Positions 22,140-30,144 of a stretch of 32,587 nucleotides of DNA are shown here, in pieces; within the stretch, counting starts at the first letter, position 1; each line of letters begins with the position of its first letter. The DNA lies in assembly GCA_030429325.1 (NCBI GenBank), contig JAUICT010000001.1, positions 1-32,587 of the forward strand, in the 5' to 3' direction. Source of the stretch: Bacteroidia bacterium (lineage in GTDB: Bacteria; Bacteroidota; Bacteroidia; Flavobacteriales; Flavobacteriaceae). Below the pieces are notes generated by a model. The model ran no database searches, was not told the origin of the DNA, and was given only the letters and a program-made list of their open reading frames with translations. Position numbers and translations under genes: made by a program.

Positions 22140-22172
22140 ATAAAAACTGTAGCTAATTAAGGGACACTTACA
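22140..22172 (+). mobile_element. Putative IS3-family right terminal inverted repeat
   Basis: Ends ...AAGGGACACTTACA. The reverse complement TGTAAGTGTCCC matches the left end TGTAACCCTCCC (16083) at 9 of 12 positions, and the site coincides with a gene truncation point. Confidence 0.6.
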
Positions 22173-22240
22173 GTAAGTTTAACGAGTACCTTAAAATCCC
22201 TGCCGATGTTTTGATCAAGGATTATGAGTTGGCTTCTTAA
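22173..22240 (+). pseudogene. 3' remnant of a HigA-like antitoxin/HTH gene
   Basis: Frame from 22175 reads KFNEYLKIPADVLIKDYELAS*, resembling the HigA C-terminal IRKL...L.IPA.VLI..Y motif. No start codon; begins right after the IS end. Confidence 0.6.
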
Positions 22241-22244
22241 TTAG

Positions 22245-22271
22245 AAAAAGCTCATCACAGTTGATGAGCTT
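22245..22271. terminator. Terminator hairpin between convergent genes
   Basis: AAGCTCATCA (22248-22257), loop CAGT, TGATGAGCTT (22262-22271). The A-run on the left gives a U-tract on the minus strand. Confidence 0.8.
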
Positions 22272-22350
22272 CCTAATTTAAGCTTAATAATTTTACCTAT
22301 TACAATTAAAATAGCATACACTCTTAACATCTTTCTCTAAACAAAAGAAT

Positions 22351-23553
22351 TCAGTTAATTCGCACATAATAAAAAACAGTAACGTTTTTGGGTCTAGTTT
22401 CAAGCCCTCCCTTTGAATCTGTTTTGAGCCTCTTATAACCAGCCCATCCCCCAGGGTCAAGATCTTCGGCGGGGGGATCATAACCGTGATCTTTATGTCC
22501 TAAAGTTAGCTTTTCGGTTGTATGGAAATGAGACTTGAATATATCCGGCTGAAATTCCCCAGCTACTCTCGTTTCTCCTTCAGGATCTTTTTGTACATCC
22601 GCCACTGAAGTAGATTCAAATGGATCAAATTTATTGAGCCCTCTAAGAAAAACCCCTCTTAAATCAGGAACGTTGTTTTTGCCGATTTTTCTTTGATATT
22701 TTGAAGATGCCACACTCCTACCATCGGCTGGGGCCCATTTTGATTTTTTTGCATCCCATTCGCTTGAGGGCTTATCCTCAGTAATTTGTGAGAAGCTGTT
22801 CCAGTCTAAAACTGTTGTAAGTACCGACCCTATAGGGAACTCTTTTCCAAACCCGGAATCACTAGCCTCCACAACATAGACAAGATTTTCACGATCAGTA
22901 TTTATTGAAAGAATAAGACCGTTTTCTGGATACCTTTCGCATGACAAGCTAAATTGATCAGTCACTTTATCTCCCTGCTTCAATCCTTGAAGTATATTAG
23001 TACTACCTATTATCCTAAAATCTTTTACAGTTGGCATGGGATCTGCGTTTAGCCTTTTAGTATAGCCAATATTAAAAACTACATTGTTGGGAGTCTCATT
23101 TACACTTTTCACAATGAATCCCTTCTTATCAACCCCCCTAATGCATTCGACATATGCCTTTGCTAATCCAACATCTGGAACTGCCGTTACCGTTGATTGA
23201 TAAAATCTCTCATTAATTTGAATGGATTTAGCTTCTTTTATACTTTGCTGAAATTGATTTATCTTGTCTTCAGAGGACCCAAATTCAAGACCTATTTCAG
23301 ACATTAAGCCGGTTTCTGCAACTGGGATAATTCCATTTACCCCAAGATTCCATTTACCCGACTTAAAATCTTCCTTGAACGTGGCTGATTCAAAATATGA
23401 TTTCAAATCGCCATTAAATGAAGCTGTTCTAGTGGTCATCACATATTTATAAAGACCATCTTTGAGCAGTGGTAAACAGGGGCTATCTTGCCCATAGGAA
23501 ACTAGACCCATGACGGGCAACAAAAAAATCAGAATTGTAATACTTTTTCTCAT
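22351..23553 (-). CDS. Secreted protein with C-terminal phage tail-collar/tail-fibre-like domain
   Basis: Signal peptide MRKSITILIFLLPVMGLVSYG. C-terminal motifs FPIGSV, W.PADGR, VPDLRGVFLRG, Q.D.FKSHFH, ETRPKNV...YYVR. Confidence 0.8.
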   Translation of the reverse strand: MRKSITILIFLLPVMGLVSYGQDSPCLPLLKDGLYKYVMTTRTASFNGDLKSYFESATFKEDFKSGKWNLGVNGIIPVAETGLMSEIGLEFGSSEDKINQFQQSIKEAKSIQINERFYQSTVTAVPDVGLAKAYVECIRGVDKKGFIVKSVNETPNNVVFNIGYTKRLNADPMPTVKDFRIIGSTNILQGLKQGDKVTDQFSLSCERYPENGLILSINTDRENLVYVVEASDSGFGKEFPIGSVLTTVLDWNSFSQITEDKPSSEWDAKKSKWAPADGRSVASSKYQRKIGKNNVPDLRGVFLRGLNKFDPFESTSVADVQKDPEGETRVAGEFQPDIFKSHFHTTEKLTLGHKDHGYDPPAEDLDPGGWAGYKRLKTDSKGGLETRPKNVTVFYYVRIN

Positions 23554-23610
23554 GATTTTAATTTTTATGATTCGTTACCTCAAATCTATTTTAGATTCAA
23601 ACACAAAGAC

Positions 23611-23628
23611 ATACCCATTCAAAGGTAT
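23611..23628. promoter_or_regulatory. Putative response-regulator box 1
   Basis: ATACCCATTCAAAGGTAT. The minus-strand -7 element TAGATTTG (23581-23588) starts 30 nt to the left. Confidence 0.7.
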
Positions 23629-23958
23629 ATTTACTCAGAATCAACGAGTTAAATAGGGGTTAACGGTTATGTGCGTTTTTAGATGTGTTCGAGAAGTTCT
23701 CCAACTTCTCTTATGTTCGGCTTGCAAAACATATCATGCAGTAAGTCTCTGGAGTAGTTTTTTTAACAATCTTCCCGCAGACCTTAAATTGTTTTTCTCC
23801 AATATAAAAATGGGATCAGCTCTGTCCAGATAATCTAATAGACAAAAATTGTTAGGCCACAAAACAACTGGTATTCTTATCTCGTCTAGGAGAATCTAAA
23901 TTGAGCTCTTGCTAAATAATAGATAATCAACAATTGGTTTTTAGGTTTAGGCCATTTT

Positions 23959-24969
23959 TCAATCATTTAAAGTCTTATTTTTTCCCTCTAAATCAGGTTT
24001 AACAACCAGGCCCAAAATAAACGCTGCCGAGGTATTCCGGGCAAAAGTTCCATTAACAAATAGACCTAATGATTTAGATAACGGCAATGTAACTGTAGCA
24101 TCAAACGTGAGAATACTACTTTTTTCTTCTTCAAATAGTTGTTTATAAAGTGAGTTGTCGAATATATAGAGTGACAACCCAGAGGAAAAAGAAAGTGCAC
24201 CGCCATTTTTAAAACCGTATAGTTCAAGTTCAAGACCACTATTTATGACAAACTGTGCAAAGTTTACAGTTTCATTTTCTTCTCCAACGTCTTTGAAGCT
24301 ATTATATCTTACTCCAATTCTTGCAAACTGTCTAAAATACAAGTACGGATCATCATAATCGTAAGTAAGAGGGATTCTGTTGCTTTCGTGAGTGTAGCCT
24401 AATCCTAGTGAAATTCCATTTACCGATTGAGCTAATTTTTGAATATCCTTACTATTATCTTCAGACTCACTAAACTGAAAATTCCCTAAATTTCCAACAA
24501 CCCCAAATAAATGTTTTCGAGGGAGATTATCTAATAAATTAATTTCGACGGATGCAGAACCTACAAAAAAGTTGTCGTCAGTTTCTCCTATAAGGTTATA
24601 ACCCACTTTCGCACCAACCCAATAATTCCTACTAGAAGCACTTATACTTACTACAACAACCTCGTCAAGCGCAGGGGCTTCTTCTTCCATCTTAATATCG
24701 ATTCTTGACCTACTGTTAACTTCTCTTCTGATTTCCATAAAACCAACATAAGAAAATACAAGAGCGGCAGTTTCAGGTACATCATTCAATGTATAATTAC
24801 CATCAAAATCCGTTTGAGTACCGTTCGTCGTTCCTTCGACTATGACATTTACACCTGCAAGAGGTAAATCTTGACTGTCAACAACTTGGCCACTGACAGT
24901 AATTGTTTCTTGAGCATTTAAAAGCAATGGGGGGAAAATAAAAAATCCAAGCATTATTACAGTTTTCAT
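23959..24969 (-). CDS. Secreted/outer-membrane protein: SusC-type N-terminal carboxypeptidase-regulatory-like domain + short beta-strand-rich C-terminal domain
   Basis: Signal peptide and VSGQVVD..PLAGVNV...GT.NGTQTDFDGNY..LVFSYVGF..LDEVVVV. No plug domain; only about 225 aa follow. Confidence 0.8.
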   Translation of the reverse strand: MKTVIMLGFFIFPPLLLNAQETITVSGQVVDSQDLPLAGVNVIVEGTTNGTQTDFDGNYTLNDVPETAALVFSYVGFMEIRREVNSRSRIDIKMEEEAPALDEVVVVSISASSRNYWVGAKVGYNLIGETDDNFFVGSASVEINLLDNLPRKHLFGVVGNLGNFQFSESEDNSKDIQKLAQSVNGISLGLGYTHESNRIPLTYDYDDPYLYFRQFARIGVRYNSFKDVGEENETVNFAQFVINSGLELELYGFKNGGALSFSSGLSLYIFDNSLYKQLFEEEKSSILTFDATVTLPLSKSLGLFVNGTFARNTSAAFILGLVVKPDLEGKNKTLND

Positions 24970-25014
24970 ATTAATTAGTTTTATACTACTAACCTAATTA
25001 GGTCTTCCAAACAA

Positions 25015-25040
25015 AAAAATACCCATTGAAGGGTATTTTT
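25015..25040. promoter_or_regulatory. Putative response-regulator box 2
   Basis: Perfect inverted repeat AAAAATACCC-ATTGAA-GGGTATTTTT. The -7-like TAGGTTAG (24989-24996, minus) starts 30 nt left of the core at 25019. Confidence 0.7.
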
Positions 25041-25066
25041 ATTGAAAATCAGAAAATAAAAAAGTA

Positions 25067-25681
25067 TTAGAAGTCATACTTCTTCTCCACCGCATAACGA
25101 AGCAGTTCCCCAGCTCCACTTAATTCAAGTTTACGAATCATGTTTTTACGGTGAGTATCTACGGTGCTTTTGCCAATAAAAAGTTCATCAGCAATTTGGT
25201 GGGAGGTGCGGCCTTTAGCAATAAGTTGTAGTATTTCCCGCTCTCGAGAAGAAAGTACGCTTTTGGTGCTGTTCTTTTCGGCATTGGGGAGGTGTATTTT
25301 TTTATCGTAATAAGTTTTACCGGAGGCTACTGTTCGAATGGCTTCCAAAACTACCTCCAAACTGCTGTTTTTTAGAATATACCCTTGGGCTCCTGCAGAC
25401 AACATTTGTTTTACAGCTTCATCCTGATCAAACATGGTGAAGGCCACCACCTTGGTATAGGGCAATTCCTTTAAGATGGTCTTGGTGGCTTCAATGCCAT
25501 CTAATTTGGGCATACGAATATCGCATAGCACCACTTTAGGTTGTTTAAGTCGTACCAATTTGAGCAGCTCTTCCCCATTGTTGGCATGGCCAATAATTGA
25601 TATATCATCCTCATACTTCACATATGATCGGATACCATCGATCAACGCTTGGTGATCTTCTGCTATAGCAACGGAAATCAT
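25067..25681 (-). CDS. NarL/FixJ family response regulator (REC + LuxR HTH)
   Basis: AEDH, CDIRMP (phospho-Asp), GYILKN, LSSREREIL..IAKG.TS.QIA..LFI..STV.THRKN. Confidence 0.96.
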   Translation of the reverse strand: MISVAIAEDHQALIDGIRSYVKYEDDISIIGHANNGEELLKLVRLKQPKVVLCDIRMPKLDGIEATKTILKELPYTKVVAFTMFDQDEAVKQMLSAGAQGYILKNSSLEVVLEAIRTVASGKTYYDKKIHLPNAEKNSTKSVLSSREREILQLIAKGRTSHQIADELFIGKSTVDTHRKNMIRKLELSGAGELLRYAVEKKYDF

Positions 25682-27510
25682 ACAGGTATATCAATTAGAA
25701 TGGAAGTTCCTTTGCCTAGTACACTGTCCACCGTAAAATTCCCTTCCAAGTGTTCCACTCGTTTTTCAATGTTGGTCAATCCCATACCTGGCTTTTTTTT
25801 GTCTCGATTGGAGAGGTCAAAACCCTTCCGGTTGTCTTCCACTATAATGTTCAGGTTGTCTTCATGTTGAGTCAACTGAATATTCACTTTAGACGCTTCC
25901 GCATGTTTTATGGCATTGGCCACCAACTCCTGAACCATCCTAAAAATGGAGAGTTCCAATGAATTTTCCATACGTTCACCTAAGCCAAAGTCCTCTACAG
26001 TAACTTCTAATGCATTAGTTTCACTTATGGTTTGGGCCATCTTTTTAATTGCAGACAATAGCCCCTGGTCACTCATGACTCCTGAGTTTTTACTGTGGGC
26101 CATTCCTCGGATTTTTTGGTATGCTTCTTCTAATAGCTTTTGGGCATTTTGCAATGCTGAATCTTTTGTACCAACCTTAACATTATCAAAATGAAGTTTG
26201 ATGGTTGCCATTAGGCTTCCCAAATCATCGTGCAGTTCATTGGCCACTTTTTGACGCTCCTTTTCCTGGCCAGATATCATAGCATCAATGCTGATCAATT
26301 CTTGTTCTTTAAGAAGATTATCCAATCGTTGCTGTTTTAAAATGGCTTCTTGTTCTGCTAATTGGCGTTTTTTAGCAGTATTTTTTTGTAGTAGAACTGC
26401 AATACACACCCCCAAAATCAAAGTGGCTGAGACTGCGATGAGCCAGTTACGAATATACCTCCTTTTAGAATCGATACGGAAGCTCTCTAAACGTAATTTA
26501 TCTGTCTCATTTTCAACTGCAAGAATAGATGACTCCAAACTGCTATTTTTAAAGCCCAAACTATACTCTAGATTGACTGACTTCAAGAGATAATAATATG
26601 CGGAATCATATTTTTTTTCGTTTTCGAGAATATAAGCATGTAATCTATCATCGTAAAAATTATCTCGTTGACCTTTTGAATATTTCCTAGATAATCTAAG
26701 AAATTCCTTTGCCTCATCTATTCTACCTTTTTTAAACTTTAAATCAGCCAGCTGCCATAAGTTGATCTGATATAGGTCTTGATACTTTAATTTATTCTTA
26801 GAGATACTGTCAACTTTTTCATAAAAGATTTCTGCTTTTCTAAAATCACCTAAGATTTTATGTTGAATTCCTTTTTCATGATAGTAATAGGGATAATAAG
26901 AATGATTTTTTGGCAGTTTACGAAAGAGTGAATCAAGCTTTAAAACTTTTTTATCATAATCTTGACTTACGGTTAGATTTTCATTCGCCTTGGATTGAAA
27001 AATAATTTCATAAAAGATTAAAATCACTTCGTCAGTATTATCCCCTTTTAATCTTCTGAAGTAATCTAAATAGTATTTAAACTGAGTACTTCCAATGAAT
27101 ATCTCGCGACGCAGAAGTTCTAACATGCCCATCAATGCTGTTTTTATCAAATAAGTATTATTCAATTGTTCAGCTAAAAACAAACACTTTGAAAATTCTT
27201 TATAGGCCCCTAGGCTATTGGTATTTTCATTATATAATTCCTGATATGCCTTTCGAATAGACTTAACAAAATCAAATTCTTGTGAGTTTGAACCATTAAT
27301 ATCAGTAAGTTGCTTCGTTCTCTTATGCTCTAAAATCCAAATCAGGTCAAGTAACATTACCTCCAATTCTTGTTCTGAAACAGACGTAGTTAAACTTCTT
27401 GCACTCTCAAAATCTAGGGTTTTGATATGAGTAAATACTTGTTCAAGTACAGTTTGCGAATTAAGATGTTGACATAATGTAAATACAATTAGAAGAAACA
27501 CCCATCTCAT
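25678..27510 (-). CDS. Sensor histidine kinase (HisKA_3/NarX-like) with periplasmic TPR-like helical sensor
   Basis: Signal peptide, long helical region, TM segment WLIAVSATLILGVCIAVLL, GQEKERQKVANELHDDLG, FRMVQELVANAIKHA, GMGL. ATGA overlap with the regulator. Confidence 0.93.
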   Translation of the reverse strand: MRWVFLLIVFTLCQHLNSQTVLEQVFTHIKTLDFESARSLTTSVSEQELEVMLLDLIWILEHKRTKQLTDINGSNSQEFDFVKSIRKAYQELYNENTNSLGAYKEFSKCLFLAEQLNNTYLIKTALMGMLELLRREIFIGSTQFKYYLDYFRRLKGDNTDEVILIFYEIIFQSKANENLTVSQDYDKKVLKLDSLFRKLPKNHSYYPYYYHEKGIQHKILGDFRKAEIFYEKVDSISKNKLKYQDLYQINLWQLADLKFKKGRIDEAKEFLRLSRKYSKGQRDNFYDDRLHAYILENEKKYDSAYYYLLKSVNLEYSLGFKNSSLESSILAVENETDKLRLESFRIDSKRRYIRNWLIAVSATLILGVCIAVLLQKNTAKKRQLAEQEAILKQQRLDNLLKEQELISIDAMISGQEKERQKVANELHDDLGSLMATIKLHFDNVKVGTKDSALQNAQKLLEEAYQKIRGMAHSKNSGVMSDQGLLSAIKKMAQTISETNALEVTVEDFGLGERMENSLELSIFRMVQELVANAIKHAEASKVNIQLTQHEDNLNIIVEDNRKGFDLSNRDKKKPGMGLTNIEKRVEHLEGNFTVDSVLGKGTSILIDIPV

Positions 27511-27511
27511 T

Positions 27512-28306
27512 TCATAGCATTATGTTGAGTCCTGTTTTACACCTAGGCCCAGGGATATTTTTTCCCTTTCTTACTAAAGTAAAATCTTCTTTCGATAATC
27601 CATCAGATGCATAATCTTCGTAATTCTCTCTCCGAACAATGTGCCCTAATCCATCCATAAAGAAAAATTCGCTGTCTACTATAAAAAAATTATGAGGTCT
27701 AATTCGAAATATACCCAGCTCTTCTGAAAATGAATCGAACAAACAAAAGTCTGAAGGGCAATCAGTTGGCTCTTCAACAATTTTTTCAGCAAACATTGGA
27801 ATTAGATACCTTTCACTAATTAATACTTTCTTTTTTTTAAGCACTACTTCACGATTAGGAATTACTGTTTTAATACAATTAGCGTCATAAGGTTTAGCCT
27901 GAACAAAAACCTTAAATTTATAAGTTTCCACATCGCATAATCGTAAATCAGAAATACTACGCTGAAGTTCTTCTAAACGGAGGTTTTCAGAATTGACTTT
28001 TTCCAAAGCAACATGCACAATACTTAAAAAAACCTTGGCCTTATAATTAATCAACTTGAAATCGGCTCTTTCCAACTTTTTTTTGTCAGAATTTCCATTG
28101 AAATCAGAGGTATATAATTTGACATAAATCGCATAATTACTATCATAATTTTGGCTAGACATCAAAAATTGAAATCCAGTTTGCTCCAATTGCAAATTAG
28201 ACATCAGATTAATTTCCAATGGACTTTCAGGCGTTCGACATTCGTCCTGTGCAAAAAGGTTTGGAAGCCATGTCAAAAGAACAACTAAAGAAAGAGATGT
28301 TTTCAT
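27512..28306 (-). CDS. Secreted hypothetical protein, first gene of the two-component operon (start moved to ATG 28306)
   Basis: Signal peptide MKTSLSLVVLLTWLPNLFA-Q. Stop is 1 nt before the kinase ATG. The TTG at 28324 overlaps the predicted promoter. Confidence 0.75.
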   Translation of the reverse strand: MKTSLSLVVLLTWLPNLFAQDECRTPESPLEINLMSNLQLEQTGFQFLMSSQNYDSNYAIYVKLYTSDFNGNSDKKKLERADFKLINYKAKVFLSIVHVALEKVNSENLRLEELQRSISDLRLCDVETYKFKVFVQAKPYDANCIKTVIPNREVVLKKKKVLISERYLIPMFAEKIVEEPTDCPSDFCLFDSFSEELGIFRIRPHNFFIVDSEFFFMDGLGHIVRRENYEDYASDGLSKEDFTLVRKGKNIPGPRCKTGLNIML

Positions 28307-28351
28307 TTTTTTTGGTTTTGTCAAATTTGATTGAATAATTGATTAAAAGAA

Positions 28352-28369
28352 ATCCCCATTCCTAGGGAT
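28352..28369. promoter_or_regulatory. Putative response-regulator box 3
   Basis: ATCCCCATTCCTAGGGAT. The -7-like CAAATTTG (28322-28329) starts 30 nt to the left. Confidence 0.6.
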
Positions 28370-28587
28370 TTTTACCAAAACCAAGAAGAAAAGTGATTGG
28401 ATAAAACTATGAGGCCCTGTAAATTAGAAATTTAACCTCTAAAGCCATTGCAGATTTCTCTCAAAAAAACTAGGGTTTTTCCACAATTTTAAACTGAATT
28501 TGAAAGAAAGTCACCTATTCGGTGAGCATAAATTTTCAAAAACCCGAAAAGCCTTTATTTATTAGGGTTTTCAGCGATAGGTTCTGG

Positions 28588-28603
28588 TCCCTCCGGCTCC
28601 ACT
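28588..28603 (+). mobile_element. att-site remnant: duplicated 3' end of tmRNA (or a similar tRNA-like gene); genomic-island boundary
   Basis: TCCCTCCGGCTCCACT resembles a T-arm 3' strand plus acceptor strand CGGCTCC-A (compatible with G3.U70). The upstream T-loop is broken (GGTTCTGG) and no 5' half is present. Confidence 0.65.
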
Positions 28604-28624
28604 TTTAAAAGGTTGAATTATACG

Positions 28625-28663
28625 AAATCCTGTAAATCAAATATTTGCGGGATTTATTTTTTT
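28625..28663 (+). terminator. Terminator downstream of the tmRNA-like 3' end
   Basis: AAATCCTGTAAAT (28625-28637) / ATTTGCGGGATTT (28643-28655). Two U.G pairs work only on the plus-strand RNA; a T-run follows. Confidence 0.7.
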
Positions 28664-28792
28664 AATTTCTAACAATGGCATTAATAAAGTTATCGCTATT
28701 CAGGTTCAAACATGGTTCTGTTCCATAACAACTGATTAAGGATATGACTTGTATGACCATAAAAATTAAGCGTAAGATCTGCTACAACCTTA

Positions 28793-30058
28793 TTAAGAAA
28801 GTTTGGTCTGCTCCTTACTCAAACTGGTTGGCCATTCAAATACCTCCAGCCCGAAAAAGGGAAGGGCGGCCAATAGATGATCAAAGATATCGGCCATGAT
28901 ATATTCATAGTTTTCCCAACGCTTATCCGAACTAAACACATAGATTTCCAATGGAATACCATGAGGCTCAGGCTGTAGTTGGCGAACCATCAACGTCATT
29001 CCTTTGTGTACTGCTGGATGTTGTTCCAAATATTCCTGTATATATTTTCTGTACACCCCAAAATTAGTCAGGTTCCTACCATTTATCGCCAGGGTCTTAT
29101 CTACTTCATGAGACTCGTTATGTGTTTTGATTTTATCCATACGATCAATGAGATAAGGCCTGACTCGCTCAATCTTCTTAAGCTCATCAATATCTTGATC
29201 GGTTAGAAAACGTATGCTTTTTTGACTTATGAGTATGGGACGTTTTATTCTTCGCCCTCCTGATTCCTGCATACCTCTCCAATTTTTAAATGAATCGGAA
29301 ATAAGTGCATAGGTAGGAATGGTTGTTATGGTCTTGTCAAAATTCTGCACTTTCACGGTAGCAAGACTAATTTCCACAACATCCCCGTCGGCCCCATACT
29401 TGTCAAAAGTGATCCAATCCCCAATACGTACCATATCGTTGATACTTACCTGTATGCTCGCCACCAGCCCCAATATGGAGTCTTTAAATATCAACAATAT
29501 AATGGCCGAGGCCGCACCCAGTGCTGTAAAAAACTTCCAAATTGTAGTTTCTGTAAGAATGGCAAAAATGGCAAGACCGCCCAAAACCCATGCAAAAATC
29601 ATGAAAACCTGAATGTAACTATCCAAAGGCTTGTCCTTGTATCGTGCTTTACTTCGAAGATAGTCTTTGGTGCTCCTCAAAATATTCTTGGTTATGAGCA
29701 ACATAGAGATTACAAACAGGGTCTGCAGCAGTTTTATGGCAATACCACCACCCCATTCAAAGTCCAAAAAAATAATAGGCACAACCTCAAAAAGAAACAG
29801 TAATGGAAAAATACGGGCCACATGTCTGGGGACTCTATGGGAAACCAAATAGTTATCAAAATTCGTGGCGGATTTACGTGCCAACCGAACGGATAAAAGT
29901 CGCAACAATTTCCATATGATAAAGTCTAAAAGACCCGCTATGATAAGGCTGACCAATAAAAGCAGCAACAAATTCAAATATGATGCAACATTTTCGGCAA
30001 GCCCGATTTCCAATAATCGGTCGTATAAAATTCGTTTGTAATCCATTCCGTGAAACAT
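28793..30058 (-). CDS. ybdG: Miniconductance mechanosensitive channel, MscS family (YbdG/MscM-like)
   Basis: Several TM segments and LGLVASIQ...NDMVRIGDWI..YGADGDV..TVKVQNFDKTITTIPTYALISDSFKNWRGMQESGGRRIKR. Confidence 0.92.
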   Translation of the reverse strand: MFHGMDYKRILYDRLLEIGLAENVASYLNLLLLLLVSLIIAGLLDFIIWKLLRLLSVRLARKSATNFDNYLVSHRVPRHVARIFPLLFLFEVVPIIFLDFEWGGGIAIKLLQTLFVISMLLITKNILRSTKDYLRSKARYKDKPLDSYIQVFMIFAWVLGGLAIFAILTETTIWKFFTALGAASAIILLIFKDSILGLVASIQVSINDMVRIGDWITFDKYGADGDVVEISLATVKVQNFDKTITTIPTYALISDSFKNWRGMQESGGRRIKRPILISQKSIRFLTDQDIDELKKIERVRPYLIDRMDKIKTHNESHEVDKTLAINGRNLTNFGVYRKYIQEYLEQHPAVHKGMTLMVRQLQPEPHGIPLEIYVFSSDKRWENYEYIMADIFDHLLAALPFFGLEVFEWPTSLSKEQTKLS

Positions 30059-30144
30059 GATAAATCAAGTGTGCCAAAAATAATCCAAACCATGCCCAAG
30101 ACAAAATATTGACCGATTACACAATTGATTAATTACCGATATGG

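Noticed and set aside
22351-23553. Prophage
   Set aside because: Only one collar-like domain, on a protein with a signal peptide; no capsid, terminase, tail or lysis genes in the window.
23691-23710. 8-bp hairpin GAGAAGTT-CTCC-AACTTCTC
   Set aside because: No clear U-tract and about 250 nt from the nearest stop codon; function unsupported.
24800-24830. Recent duplication of susC (shared TQTDFDGNY with 5090-5120)
   Set aside because: A family-wide motif, and synonymous positions differ between the two copies.
25015-25040. Intrinsic terminator reading of the inverted repeat after the response regulator
   Set aside because: It could double as a terminator, but less-paired copies at the same promoter offset elsewhere favour a protein-binding site.
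28575-28603. Intact tRNA or tmRNA gene
   Set aside because: No 5' acceptor strand, D-arm or anticodon arm, and the T-loop is broken; treated as an att remnant.
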